From Bugula neritina (lineage: Eukaryota > Animalia > Bryozoa): a stretch of DNA of 64,000 bases. The translations under genes and the position numbers were made by a program. The stretch lies in NCBI GenBank assembly GCA_964035545.1, contig OZ037765.1, positions 10,054,698 to 10,118,697 of the forward strand. Reading direction: 5' to 3'. Below, one piece after another: positions 11,801 through 26,800 of the stretch. The notes beneath the pieces were generated by a model. It searched no databases, had not been told where the DNA came from, and worked only from the letters and a program-made list of their open reading frames with translations. How positions within the stretch are numbered: position 1 is the first letter of the stretch; the number at the start of each line of letters is the position of its first letter.

Positions 11801-14800
11801 ATGGGTTTGCTTTTCATTTCTTCGTGATACTCGGCCACCAGACGCTCCGGTGACTTCGGCGTCTGCTTGCTGACGGTAATGGAGCCCTGGACAGTCGCCA
11901 ACTTCCTTTGCATTTCTTGCAAGCGACTTTGAATCTCTGGAGCCTGAGTGCTCGATAAAGCTATTGCCACAACTGCAGTGTGTAAAAGAAACAGACGTGT
12001 GAGTTTATAGTTCTAATACATTATCAAAACACATTTCTAAGGAAAAAGTTGTTTCAACTTTTCAACAACGAGTTAGAGTATCTGTAACAATTGATATAAC
12101 CTTTGCTAGTGTAAGCTTAAGGATACTATGAACAGATAAGCATTTTCATTGGCTAATGTTAAAACCAGGCAGCTTACACCTCTGAGAATTGATAATAAGA
12201 ATGCTAAACACTTGATCAGCCTACATCCAATAGATTAGCTTTGAACAACTTCCTCCCCTTCTACAACATCTAAACCTGCTAACCTTGCTGCATGACGGCA
12301 GTGCTCAGTGTCGTTCCTGCGTCATCATTGACGTCGTCTTTCTTGACAGCAGGAGACGCGCTGTCGCCAACACTCTCCTCATCCTCTGTGTCATCCACAT
12401 CACCTTCAACTGATACGAACTCCCGTTAGGATAGGGCATAAGAATAACTGAGTCCATTAAACTAAGTCACATTACTATTGCTGTCGCATTGAATACAAGC
12501 CAAGACTTGCGTTGCATGGGCCACTACATAAAATTACAGAATAGTGTATGCTTACAGCACATTGTCAATTGCTAATGTAGGAATACCGAGGTAGGCGCAG
12601 TATGGAAAAATTAAGAAAAGCGAGTGTTCTAGAATAAAAAAGAAAGCAAAAGTTATGCTCTCACACAAATTTCAACTTCACCCCAAACCAAAATTTATAA
12701 TAAAAATAAAGAACTTAGGCTATCTCAATTTCTCCACTACAGCTCCTAAGTGTGTTATTCCAGTCTTTAAAATTGAATAAATATCCCACACAGAGAGCAT
12801 TATCTCAGTCTGAATTAAATACTAAAGTGAAGAGCGTAAACAAGACCCAACCTACCATCAATACTATCTTGACTGGTGTTGAGACTATCTTTCACATCTG
12901 CTGTAGGTTTAGTGGGGGTTGCAGAGAGGGCTGAGGCCTTCATTAGGCTGCTCTGTATGCCAGATGCTGTAATAACTTTCATATCGGATTCCGTTGATGA
13001 CTGGGTAGTTGTTGATGACTGAGTAGTCGTAACTAAAATAAAGCAGACTTCATAAAACATTTACATACAGCAGCAGAATCTAATAACAGTATGTAGATTA
13101 CTGGCTACATCATCTAATTTAGACCACGGTGCTCATACCTCTGTTAGCTGGAGAGAGCAGACTGCCCATTGTAACAGTGACTGTGATTGGTTTAGCAGGA
13201 GTAGTGGTCACAGGAGTGGTGGAGGATGTGACAGCAGTAGTGGCAGCAGCAGCAACAACAGTTGGAATAGAGTTCAAGGTTGAGGTAGTGGGAGCTGCAG
13301 TTGAGACGGGAGTCGTCTTGGATACAATGGTAAATCTACCGTTAGGCAGTGTGATCAGCTGTTGATCTGTGAATAACAAAAAGAGTTGATAAATCTACAA
13401 CATTTGTACTAAATCAAAAAAGACTTAGAGAATGAATTAGGAAGAACAAACACCTAACTTAGCAACTTCTCGAATACTTAAAGGTAAAATAAGGTAACTC
13501 CAGAATAGCAGTGTGATAACAAGACACTTACCGGCTCTGAGACCTGTGATCTTTATCTCCTTTCCATTGGATGCCTTGAGAGTGTAGGTACCGGGAGAGG
13601 TGGGCGTGGCACTCAAAGTCGGCCGACCAGGAGTCAACATGGATGCAATACTAGTTGACTTTTTAACTGCAAAACATTTGAATATTACATAGCGATCTTG
13701 GAATAAATACAAATGTATAAATTCTGACAGAGTGAAAGTTAATATAATGACCTACATGTACATACACTTACCTTCTGGAGATTGACCTTGTGCTTGCACT
13801 GAAATATTAAATTATAAATAAAATAATAAGTGAGTCAATTACATATAATGTGCTGATTTACTGAATTGTGCACAAAATCAAGACAAATTAAAGTGCAATG
13901 ATACTTAAATACGTAAAATGCAGTTTTTTATCGCCATCTGAGGTTCACCAGACTTCAACATATTCAGAGCCAATGGAATATCTATGTGACAAGCTACACT
14001 CACCAGGTGTGGCAGTCAGACGTTTGACCTGGGCAGCTGCCGCTCTCTGAATCTTCAACTGCTCTTCCAGCTGAGCCTTCACTTCTCGCAGCTGGTCAGC
14101 GTCTTTCGGCTTCTGCAGGGGAGACAGACCGTCCACTAGCTTAACGTCAGCCTGCTGTTGAATTGTACATATTACGTGGTAGAACGCTGTTGGATAATAC
14201 GGAAATGGGTTGATCCCCACTTATTATGGTTATGCAAATTATTAAATATAACTTCATATATTAGGAGGTTCTTACCGTCACCATGATATAGTAGCTAAAT
14301 TTCTACCATAACACAACATACAGTACTCCCTCCATATCTCACTAAGCTGCAGGTCTGAAAACCTCAATTTGTGACATAGTAGAACACCAGATTTAACTCA
14401 ACGATCCGCTAAAATCGGCCATTTTGTCCTTATGTACACATATACATGAGCCACAAAATGAGGGAAATTCGTAAGGACTGGAACTGTGAGATATGGAGGA
14501 GCACTTAATTCACACTTCATATACCTGAGGTGGCCTTTTGAGGGCCCGTTTGGCTTTTGATTCCTTCTCAATTTTATTAAAGGCATTGCGCTCGGAAAAG
14601 GCGCTAATCTCCCACAATTCTAGTTGTTCCTCTGGCAACCACACAAGGGAGGTCGAGGGCTGTGCAGGCTGCTTTATCTGATGCTTTTTCCTCTTTCGTA
14701 ACCCTTCCCTGATAGGCTCAACTGTATCTACAAACCAGCATACCAACTCAAACTTGACACGCATTATAGTATGGTCCATTACAGGAACAAATTGGCATCA

Positions 14801-17800
14801 TTAGCAGGTGTATAATAAAATAGAATTGAAAAATGAGTCACTTTACTTAATTTAGTACACACTATATATCTCTAATTTTTAGCTAATTTTGACAGTTGAG
14901 CAGCTAATGCATATAGCTTCTTGCATTAAACCCATAGATTAACAAATACAGCTGATGGAAAAACCGTCACGATCAGCACACCTAAATTTACTGAAAAATT
15001 AGGAAAAACCATAGAAAATCAAGCAAAATTAGAAAAAGCCCTGGTTATTCAGCTGCAATTGTTACTATTCTATGGGTTTATTGCACGAAATTATATAAAT
15101 TAGCGGCTAAACTGTCAAAAATAACCAAAAACTAGAGACATATAGTGTGTGCTAAATAAAGTAAAATGACCCAAATGCATAATGCGGGACACTAAAAACT
15201 ACAGCTTTCTTCTACAACAGATATAAAGATTATTTGACTGGGAGAAACAAAAACTCTGCCAGGAAATTACCACAATTTTACTTACCAGTTCTGGTGGGCT
15301 GTTCCATGAAGTTAAACGGAATGATGATAGTCCTAACTTTATAAAGAGATTGTAATTTGTATGGGCCAACGTCCCTCTTCTCCAGCAGCTCTCTCGTAGT
15401 TATATCCGAGTCATTAGTGGACACATTGGAGCAGCCAGCTGGTGGTTTGGTGTTCATATCGTCCCACCTGATGCATGCCCACAGCACTCTCAGCAAGCTG
15501 CCTATTCCTTGTACAGACCTGTATCAATACAAAAGGTATTTTTCAAGCGTTACAAAAACAAGTAAAAAGAAACAACATTGTTAAATTAATTTATTTGGAT
15601 TGTCTGGTTCTATCCTGATCTTGTTGAAGTAAAACAATCACAAGATGTCTGGTGTATACTCAATCCCAGCTTGTAAGTTAGACGTGGATATTATGTATTA
15701 TATACACGTTAATATCAAACACCAGGTATTGAAATCCATCTAAGCGTAGGGCCACACGATGCGTTTTACACGCTCGTGACGTGCGAAAAAATCCGTATAG
15801 ACCTGCCACACACAGTGCGTGTGTTTCGAGTACAAAAATGTATTAGCTAATGATGTTAGCGTTAAACTTTACTGCTCGCCTACAGACGTTTGTTTATAAA
15901 ACTACGTAATCGACAAAGTGACTTTAGATATTATAAAAGCGGAAATGCAAATTATATGACTGTTTTAATTCAGTTCGCTAAAACGTGAATTGATATAAAA
16001 AAAGTGTGCTCGCTAAATGATAATAAGCCAATTCGATCAAACACGCACGAGCTTGCCGCACTTCTCGCTCAGCATGTTTGACGCATGAAAATCCTGCTCA
16101 CGACGTCCCATTTTTGGGATAAACGTGTTTTGTCGCACGCCACGAGCGTGTAAAACTCGTCGTGCGGCCCTGCGCTAACACTAGTCTAACAACCCACCAT
16201 TTACATGCAGATATATAACGAATAGTAGAGCTCACGTCGCAGTGTTGTTAAGTCTGTACTCCCAGCCGACCTTAAACCTCGGACGGGGACACGGGTAAGG
16301 CCAGAATCCAGGGGCATTCTTAGCAGCATAATTGAAACCTGACACCTCCATTCTGCCAGCTCTCCTGGCTAGCATAGCTAATTCTTCTTTGCGCAAGACA
16401 AAAGGACAAGCTTTCCCACTTCTGCCAAAATAAATGTATATCAGTGTGAAAGAAAAACTCTGGTTATAAAAAAAAACCTTGATACAATTGAACAATGTGA
16501 GCCAATACAGTAAAGCAATACACTTCAGACAATATTTCAATAATATGATAAAACACACGTACCTGTTACGGTATACATGAGGACGACACAACGTTGGTAG
16601 CTGTGACTTTGGCTTTACACCTTCTTTTTTTCTCGATGCATTGAAAACTGTCATGAGATCCACCACCTTTCGGGTGTCTGACACAATTTGGGACACCTCA
16701 GCCTTTGCCCTATACATCAAACAATAGAAATAAAGACCTGAAGAGAAAATGTGCCATGTGATCATCAATCGACGCAAATAATGCATAAACCAGACAGTAA
16801 TTATTCAATAAAAGACTCTAAAGAGTAACGCTTAGATAGCTTTCGAGTTAGCAACTGCAATACAACAACATTCAAAGTCAACTCTTGAGAATGTACTTAC
16901 TCGTTGGCATCCAGTGGGAGTCGCGATATCACTAACTGATTTTCAGCGCTCTAAAAAGAGAAAAGAAATCAATAACTACTAGTCCATGTTGAAGAGTAAA
17001 GAACAGAGAGATTAAGATCAGCTATAAACCGTCTGACTTACTTTAACTGCGGCTGAACAGAGAGAAGAGTAACATCTGACAGAGCGCGCTCCTTGCCTAC
17101 AGAGCGGAGAATAGCATGCCGTATAGTAGCAGCTGGGACCAGCCGACTTGTCAACTGGAACAGCTGTGGAAGCATTGCGGAGACCCTTCTTTACTTTACC
17201 TCTCTCGAGAACTATTCTATGCTTGAGGAGAGAGTTGAGTTTAGAGGGTGGAGTGGGGACTTGGGGATACATGCTGTATGTATTCAGACAGACACTGATG
17301 TCACACAACTTCACCGTCATCGATCTGTACATTCCCAGATCAACCTGTTGAAGAGATGAGTAGAGACTACCATTATATATGCTACTTTTATCGATGGGTA
17401 TTTTACGTCAACACTTTGAAATATTCAGTGTTTCTAAGGAAAATTTAGGTTTATGTGACTACCATTATATACGATATTTTGGCATGATATATTATGTATA
17501 TCTTTTGATGCATAAATATGTGAATATGAGCTACATTTGTGTGTATGTTTTCATTTATTTGGTATGCCTAAAAGCGTAGTTTTATCACTCTTAAATTTTT
17601 AGAGAAACAAAGGTTAACAAATAAAAACCTGTGCAGAATAAATAAAACACATACCACATTGTCTACAGCTGAACTTTTGTCCTTTTCAGAGTCTTGCTCA
17701 TCATTTTCCGGAGATTTCTTGGGAGATTCCTCCTGAAATAAGCATCCATAATGTAATAAAGTATCGGTACAAAAATTACTCATAAAATATCCACATTGAA

Positions 17801-20800
17801 AAATAAAATTGAATGCGGATCATTTTACTTAATTTATTACAGACTTAAAATCTTCAGTTTTTAGCTATTTTTTACAAGTTAGCTGCTAATGTCTATGGGT
17901 TTTTGATCTAGACTAATACAAATTTAAAAAATACAATTAAAAAACCAAGTTCCTTTTTAATTTTGCTTGGCTTCCTATGTTTTTCCTAATTATTTAGTTA
18001 TTTTGGAATTGCGGGCAGTCACGAAAAAAAACTGTGACGGTCCGAAAATCTAAATTAGGTAAGTAACTAGGAAAAACCTGGGAAATCAAGCAAAATTAAA
18101 AAGAACCTTGATTATTTAGTTGTACATTTTATTAGTTTTGGGCAAATACCCATATACATTAGCAGCTAAATTGTGAAAAATAGCTAAAGCTGGAGATTTC
18201 AAGTGTGTACTAACTTAAGTAAAATGACACATGTAGTATAGATTAATACCTGGCACCACTTTTCATAATCCAATCTCATTTTTCGAGCACATGCTCTCAG
18301 TCCAACAGAGTTTTGATCAACGACTCTACACTTCCTGGAAGCCTTCAGCCACACCCAACCATTACCATTGATATCTGAGAGTCTATACTCTTCACCTTTG
18401 AGTTTGTGAATCTAGAGAGAAATTGGCAGAGAGTTGTGTACTCTATGCAACAAGGAAATTGATATTTAACAAAGCTCAGTAAACTAATATTGAAGTTCTT
18501 TGAAATATTTAATAAAATATATTGAAAAAGTTAAGAAAATTGCTACTGTTATTACCTTAAACATTATTATTACAACTAAAATTAAAGCAATGTATACTAT
18601 AACAACATATATTAATATGTATATAATATTTTAAAGACAACATCAATTTTCACTGTGTAATTATTACATGTCACAATCAGGTAAGCAACATACCTGATGT
18701 TTAAGTCCCCTTGTATACTTGATGGTGACGGTGTTTCTATTCTGGTGGTGAGGATTCTGTTCCAGCAGCTCCTGCTGCCTTTTCTCTATCTTCTCCTTCT
18801 TCCTAATATCTTCCCTGTCCTTCACAGTCTGCCGACACATGGACAGGTGCCCTACAATAATGACAAGTCTATAATACACATGATAGAACTTGCTCTTGGG
18901 AATGTTCAAGCTGAACCTACTAAAACTAAGACAGCGCGGAACTCCAAGCAGAAACTTAAATACATGAACTGATTAAATCGAAAGCACACAGCATTTACTA
19001 ATAACACATCAGCCACTTACCCAATGAATCATTCCAGACAGCATTGAAAAGTACCGGCTTGATGTTTGCTTGAAACAATCCCAAAACGTAAGCAAACTTG
19101 CGAGGATTGTTACAAATGGTGAGAGCCTTTAGCCACACAGCTCGCAGGTTCGGCCAATGAGGGTGCATGAAGCACATAGGAATTACTTCCTCAAAGTGTT
19201 TGATTGTAGCTTGAAGAGTTTCAATGACTGCTGCAGGAGAACCGTATGTTTTCCCGTGCCACTTGAAATCACTGGCAGACGTCAAGCTGCGAAAATAATT
19301 AAATGGACTCATCCGTGTGCAACTATTTATGCTCTTAATAATTTATTTCTTATAAACGAAACTAGTTTATTGTATATTAGAAAACAAAGGTTGTTTAGAG
19401 AATGGAAGCATTTAAGCTACCTGAACTTGTACGAGAGATGCCGTTTTCTGTCTTTTTCTTCTTGCTGCTGATTCTTAGAGAGAGCATAAGGATTCTCAGA
19501 ATATTGATTTGTATAATGCTTATAACTATCATCCATACCTGTAATAAATCAATATACTCGATTGATAATCATAAATTTCTTACTTGTGTACAGAGTTGTC
19601 CTCCCATCTTAAACTGCAAATCTTTCTCCATATATATAAACATACTCCAATGCATTAGCAGTGCCTTTTGAATAATATTATACACGGTACACCACACTAT
19701 ATTATATTATATTAAAAGGTGGTACCTAGTCTAAACGCAGTAGCCTCAGTTACAGGAGGAGGCAACACTTCCTCTTTCTTCTTGGCGGTTGCTTTAGTTG
19801 ATCTGTCCTCTATTTTCTACAAAGTATTACACACAATTGTCGTCAAACTTTACTGAATGCCCCAAATGACTATGCAATCAATTTTAAAAATACGAAAGAC
19901 TTTAAGGCCTGTGCTACCAAAGTTTTAAATTAAGGTTTTAATATCTTCTTCAGGATATCACTTATATCATTAGAAATCTTGAGACACGCAGTATCTTCAT
20001 AGCATGAAGACATGTAGATGAAACATAGAAGTGCAGAAATATGTATTGAATACATTATGCAAAGATAGATAATAGATTATGTGGCAGCTATACGCTCTTA
20101 CAATGTAGCATTATACTGACTAAGAACAAGAAGTATCAAGCTTTTGGATTATGTAACAGAATGCCAGGTGAAAGAAGTGCTTCACTGAGTAAAACGTTTC
20201 TATGTAAGACTATCTTACCTTGCGCTTTATGTCATGATCATGCTGAGCTCTGTATGATGTAATCATTCGGAGAGCTCCACTTTTATCCGTTACAGAGTCA
20301 TCAAATGTCTTTGGTGCCAATTTACCTGTCTTTGTTCTAAATTAAAAATATCATGTAAATAACTACCAGAGGTGGTCAAGAGTTTAGTGATAAATAATCA
20401 AAATACTCAGCAATGCTACGCTATCCCTTCACACCTTACAAAATAGTTTAGAATATTCAAATAAAAAAGCAGATTTGAAAATCTTAAACTTATAGAGAAT
20501 CTAACCATGTCATAAACTTCAGCTTAATAATATTTTGATAATATTTGTTTTGTTGTACAAAAAACACAGATGTTTATATGACTACATACTGATACACTGA
20601 ATACATAATAATACCAAACATGAGTACATAACAGATACCTTGTGACATACTTGGTGGTGCCATCAGACAGGCTAATGGGTATCAGATCAGCGTCGTCTGC
20701 TTTCTTGGGCTGCAATAGAAAAACAGGTGAAAGTGCTTCAAAATGAAACAACAAATCAAAGCAGCAAAACATCCTTTTTACATTTACCAATGTGCGTTAA

Positions 20801-23800
20801 AATTACCTGCAAGCCAACATTCAGACTGGCTATGCTCTTAGGATTGACTGTTATCGTAGACCTATTGCCCTCTGCATCAACCAGCACTACGGTCTTGCTG
20901 AGCATATCTGTGCTCTTCTTAGCTTTCACTTTATTGATGTCAGTCAGAATCTTATTGGGACTTAAAGGAGCGGACTTTATTATAGGTCGTGGACGGATAG
21001 TAGTCACCGTCGGTATTTTTGGGTTAATTATAGCTGGAGAAATGTCTCTACGTTGAGAATTGTTGGAGGACAAAAGTATAGGATTAATTATCCTGGGCTC
21101 CGGTTGAGCATTTCTCACAATATTTTGCCCCGCCCCTGCTAAATATCAAAATAAATTTATCAATAAGAATAGAAAAACATGATTTTGTTTATAGAGACAT
21201 TTTCTTATTTTGTCAAACCTGGTCAGAAACAAGAGATGCTATACCTTTAGAAGAACGAGAGACAGTATGAAGATTGTAGACTTTGCCATCAGCAGTCTTC
21301 AAAATGGTGTTGTTGTCCGCACCTCGACCAATCAGCACTTTCTGCCGCTGTGCACCAACATCTAGTAAGAATCATAAAATCTATAGCTACTCTTTAGCAA
21401 CGCACAGTCAGCCTAAGCAGATTTAGGGCTGAATTAAGCTACTAGTCCTTGAACAAAGATAAATACCTGTGGGAGTAAGTGTAGAGATAGAGACTGGGTT
21501 GACTGATGAAATAGAGACTGGATTAGCTGACGGAGCTGATGGAGCAGGTGATTTATCTGTAATAATTCTGAGCACATTACCAGAGGAAGTTGGCTGCGAT
21601 GCGATTCTACCAAAGACCTGGGTCCCCCCGGCAGCGTCTACAAGTCTAGTAACACTGGCAGCTTTCACATTGGCTGGCCGCAAAGTCAACTGCTGAGGAG
21701 TTACGGCGGGAGAGCCGCTCACTATGGTTCTGGCATTAACTGGACTGACTAGCCGCGTACCGGCTGGCTTCAGAGTAAAGCCAGGATTGATAGAGTTTGG
21801 CGTCACCACCACTGGAGTTGTGCTGCTTACAATTTGTAAACCTGAGGAGCTGGCGGTATTTTTCAAAGTAGTTGAAATATTAGGCGTGACATGAATACTA
21901 GCATTCGACTTTATTGGAGTGGCTGGTTTTGGAGCCACAATTCTTTGAGTTGCTAGAGGTTTACCACAATGCACCAATAAAGTGTTCGCATTCACTGCTG
22001 TGGTAAGCTGAGTATCTGTTGGGTTGGATGTCTGAGATCCAGCAGTTTGTAACACCATGGGAGCTAACGGAGTTTGAGAGTTACTGACCACAACATTTGC
22101 TTTCCTTCCATACGTCCTAGGGGTGTTGGTGATTGTCGTATTGGCTGAGCTCACAGTGTTACCCACAGACGACGCTATCGTCACCACATTACCAAACTTA
22201 TCTAAATTGATGATTTGACGGGTAGGTGGGAGCTTCATTCCAGTTGCAGGAACTATTTTCACAGCATGGGAGTTGAGTGACACGCTGTTTCCCAGAGTAC
22301 TGGGTGTCTGGACTGCGACAGGCTTGATCTGTTGCACTGCGTCGCCCTGACCTTGACTTCCAGCCGCAGATAGATTCACCTGCGAAATCATGTCAGGTCA
22401 AGATACAGATTGAAAGAAGTATGCCGATACAAAAGAAATACAGGCTGCTACAGTGCTACTTCTCACAAAGTTCAACTGATCGCTAGTCACAAGTGTAAAA
22501 TAACGCTATACGTTTATGCTAGCACCTAGAAGAATTTTGGGCCCAGGTAAATTCTGTTTACACTTATTTCTACAGGTCAATAGCTAAATTGTGTGTTTTG
22601 TGTGAAAATACGGCGAAACTGACTATAAAAAGCATTGCCAAAGATGTATTTTGTAGCATACCAAAAGTTTCATAATAAAAAGTTGTTTAGATGTTATTAG
22701 ATGTTTGCAGAGCTTGTTTTGATCAAATCTAGAACTAGTGGAATAAAGTATACAGACATATATTTTTAGCAGGTAATTGACTGTAAATAACTATGATTTG
22801 GGGCAAGTACTTGTACTACAGCAGAGCTCTTAAATCTCTTTGATAGAACTGATTAAAGAAAGCCTACTGCTTGTTACTGAAGTTACCCAAGGTGCAAGAA
22901 AATAGTTTAGAAGTCATTGCGTATAATAAATAATATCTATACCTGACAAGTTTTCACGCTTGTTTTAGACACTTTAAGAGGGAAAATTACAAATTATCAA
23001 CAAATACACAGAAAGACATACTAATTGCAAAACTTGTTTGGCGTTGCGTGTATCCCCAGACTGGTTATTGGCCCCGTCAAGAGTCCTGATGACTAAGTGA
23101 TGCTTTTGTGGAGTAGATGCGGGAGTCGTCTTGTCATCCTGTTGATAAAAAGCCAAAAATATAGAAACCAACTCAGAATATGCTCAAGTCAAGTATGTGC
23201 AGACATTGCTTGGGAGTGCAATATTTCTACAACTTTTTATACCATAAGAAGTTGTCCACACACAAAGAAAACATGTTTTATAACAAGCATGCTTAGACAT
23301 CATTATAAGAGCAGCAAGTCTACCTCAGAGTCAGCCGCGCCATCTAACTGGTCAGCGGCATCAACATTTCCATTTTCACCAACTTCACTGTCACTTCCAT
23401 CCTCATCACTGCCATCGAGGAAACCAGGTGCATCACTGCTAGTATTCAAATTGTCCTCATCACCGAGTTCACTGAGATCTTCGTCATCTGTATCCATGAC
23501 TTCACCGTCATCACTCTCTCCCAAAACCTCCACCATCCCATCCTCTAGTCCCCGCATAGGATACGAGATTACACCAAGTTCACCCTGTTCTTCACTGCTG
23601 TCTAGATCTTCATCATCCATTTCATCGTCTTCATCGCTCAACCCATCATCTTCACCGTCCATTCCATCTTCACCGTCCATTCCATCTTCACCGTCCATTC
23701 CATCTTCACCGTCCATTCCATCTTCACCGTCCATTCCATAAGCTTCATCACCCATTTCACCCTCCTCGTCGCTCATTCCATCATCTTCATAGTTAAACTC

Positions 23801-26800
23801 CCCATCTTCATCCTCCATATCACTGTCATCCAAATCTTCTTCGTTGAAAATAGTAACTGCATGTGCCGCATCATCTAACTTTTCACCTGCATAAAATATT
23901 AAGAAAACACTTAGACTACAACATCATACCGCAAAATATATAGTCATTTCAGCAACATTCTCACCTCTATGCTCACCTGAGCTCATTGCAGTCACCATAC
24001 TGAGGTCTGGCAGAGGAGAGCTATTCGAATCAGCAAAAGTCAGTCCTTCATGCGTTTCACCAACACTTGATTCATCATTACTTAGTGAGCCAGTAGAGAT
24101 TGTTTGTTCAGCCTTAGAGTCTATCATCACAGTCTCTTCCCTGCTTCTCTCCGCCACTGCAGGAAGGACTTTGTTCTCCGCAAGAGTGCTTTGGTTATCT
24201 GCATTTTGACTTTGGCCGACTTCGACTTGTGAACCTTCGAGTTTAAGTGCTACTCCAGGTTCAGATAAACCTGGTTCTGTGAGACTACATGAAACTGTGG
24301 CGTCACTGTTAGTTAGAGCTGAGTTTAAAGAGGTAGATGTGGTTGTGCTCACAGACGTTATTGAAACTGTGTCCGTAACTGTACCGTCTGCAGGAACTGC
24401 TGGAGCAGATGTGACTATTGAGACGGTTGCTGTGAGAGGGAACGAAGACTTGCTACAGCCTGAACTCGTATCAGTGCTGACAGAAACTGAGTCAGAATGA
24501 CTGCTGGGAGTGTCTAAGGCTTGATTGTTATCAATTTGTACGATTTTACTGCCAGTGTCTGAAGATTTGACGATTAGTGTGACGGTATTACCTACACTAT
24601 CCGCTGTACTGGTGTTTTGCTTCACTTCAACTGGAACAGTTTTGTTTATTTCACTCGAAGATTCATTGTTTGCTAAAAGAAAGTTGCCAACTAATTATAA
24701 AAAATTATCCGACTAATCAAAGAGTTGGGCACTGGCAATATACATGTAATTATTCCAAAACCTATCTGCCCTTGGAAAATATTTCTTGGCCAGTTAGAGC
24801 GTTCTGGTTAACATTTTTATCTATGAAAAAAATTTGAGCGAAATAGAGAAGTAGTAAATAGATAAGCTAGTTGAAACTGAGCAAAGCAGCTATGAAATAT
24901 GAGCTTCTATCTGCATAAAATGCATATAGTAAGATTCCCAAACAAATAAAGGAATTTGTCGAAAATAAAATTAAATAAGAACTAGTTTGTTCATTAAAGA
25001 ATCCCTGACACACTTCACTTATACAGTATTAAAATATTCTTATATAGGTTAACTTGAGCTGGCTCTAAAGTTCAAAGTTTAAATTTTCTAGCCATCTCAG
25101 TGATTAGGCTGTTCCTGAAATAATAAATATGACCGAATTGGTCAGATAGAGTTGACTAAAAATATATACATAGTGTTCCCTTGTATTTATCATCCTTATA
25201 AAAATATCTTGCACAAAGGAATAGTTAGTGCGTTGATTAGTAAATACTGTTACCACGACAGCACTGCATCTTAAAACTTACTTTGCGGTTGATTAATAGA
25301 TTCAGAGGCAGCCTGCTGCTGAGTTTCTACTGCCTCTTTCTGGACTAGGGATGCATCTGCGATCTGATTGGCTAAGCTTTGATCATTTACAGTAACTTGA
25401 TTGATTGAGGTCTGATCATTAGAAACAGTTGAAGATGCCTGCCCATTCGCTGAAGCCACTGAACCTTGACCTTCACCTTTAGTCGGGAAATTGCGCTCGG
25501 CTTTAGATTTGTCTATAGCAGCTGTAAACACATTGACAAAGGTACAACATTGAAAGAGAAACACGGAAAAATAATCAAGATATTTAAATATTTAAAACGT
25601 GAGCTTGGAGGTAACTATGAAGTAGTTGAACAAATATCTGGATGAAATACCTTCATTCAGAGAAAAGTACGTGACCCGCTGACCCTTCCTTTCATTCGTC
25701 AACAGCTCAGTAGTCTCCATATGCCCTAAAATCTCGTCCTTTCTATCATTGAGTACAGCAACCAAATGCCGTTCCCACTTTTCCCCATCCAATACAGCCA
25801 TGAGCTCGTCAAACTGCTTCTCAGTGCTTATATACGTGATAGTCCCGTCAATTTCCTCACTACAACATTAGTTGGATACAATATAATGTCAGCTAAATAT
25901 TAGTGAAAAATTTAAAACCCATAAACCAATATTTTTGGACCTAATAACTTACTTATATCTTTATATCATCGATGTGAATTTCATTATGATGTAATTTGAA
26001 ATTTGATTCAAACTACACTAACAACATTTTAGCATAACACTAATAAAAAATAGAAAGTGCACATAATAGCTTACATATGATTTTTTCCACAGACCTAACA
26101 GTCTGAAAAATATTTTAAAAAAAAACAAGGTAACAATAATTGAGTTCCAGTTATAGCATAATTATGATTTAATACAGAAATATGGTTGTTGTATTTAAAA
26201 GAACTTTTGTGTGAAGGTTTAAAGAATATTTACATGATGATTCTGCGAATAAGAAACCAATATTTCCTCCAATGTCTGTCATAGCCAAGAGGGTCATGTC
26301 GATTCATAGACCTTCGTTCAGTTGAGCTAATACAATCACTAACACCTTGAACCTGTAGGAAAAGAAGCCGACTCCTTAGAAGTTTCTATTTTAGGAAGAT
26401 TTGCTGTTGTATTTGAGGAGTTATGCTATTCAAACGGCCAACATCGAAGCGAGTATATTGGGAAGAGTCACAAGAGAAGAGTCAGTTTTAGTTGATTAAC
26501 GAATTTAGTGTCCAAAAATGATTTAAAAAACCACAAGCTGAAAGCAATGTGTAAGTAGTTTTAAGAAATCAATGCCATGCACTAACCTCATTTTCAAGAC
26601 AGACATTGCATACCCAATCACCCTCAGGTAATTCATCTAACGGAGGCGTCAGACAGTAAAGGTGATAGACTCCAGAACACTTGTCACAACACAGCACATC
26701 ACCAGTTCTACAGAAATAATAGAATAGTTATATAAGACAAACAGAATATACATATACGTTTTCTATGAAATTGTATCTACAAAAAATATGACCAGCAGTC

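Noticed and set aside
23649-23738. CRISPR-like array
   Set aside because: Head-to-tail repeats without spacers, inside a eukaryotic exon.
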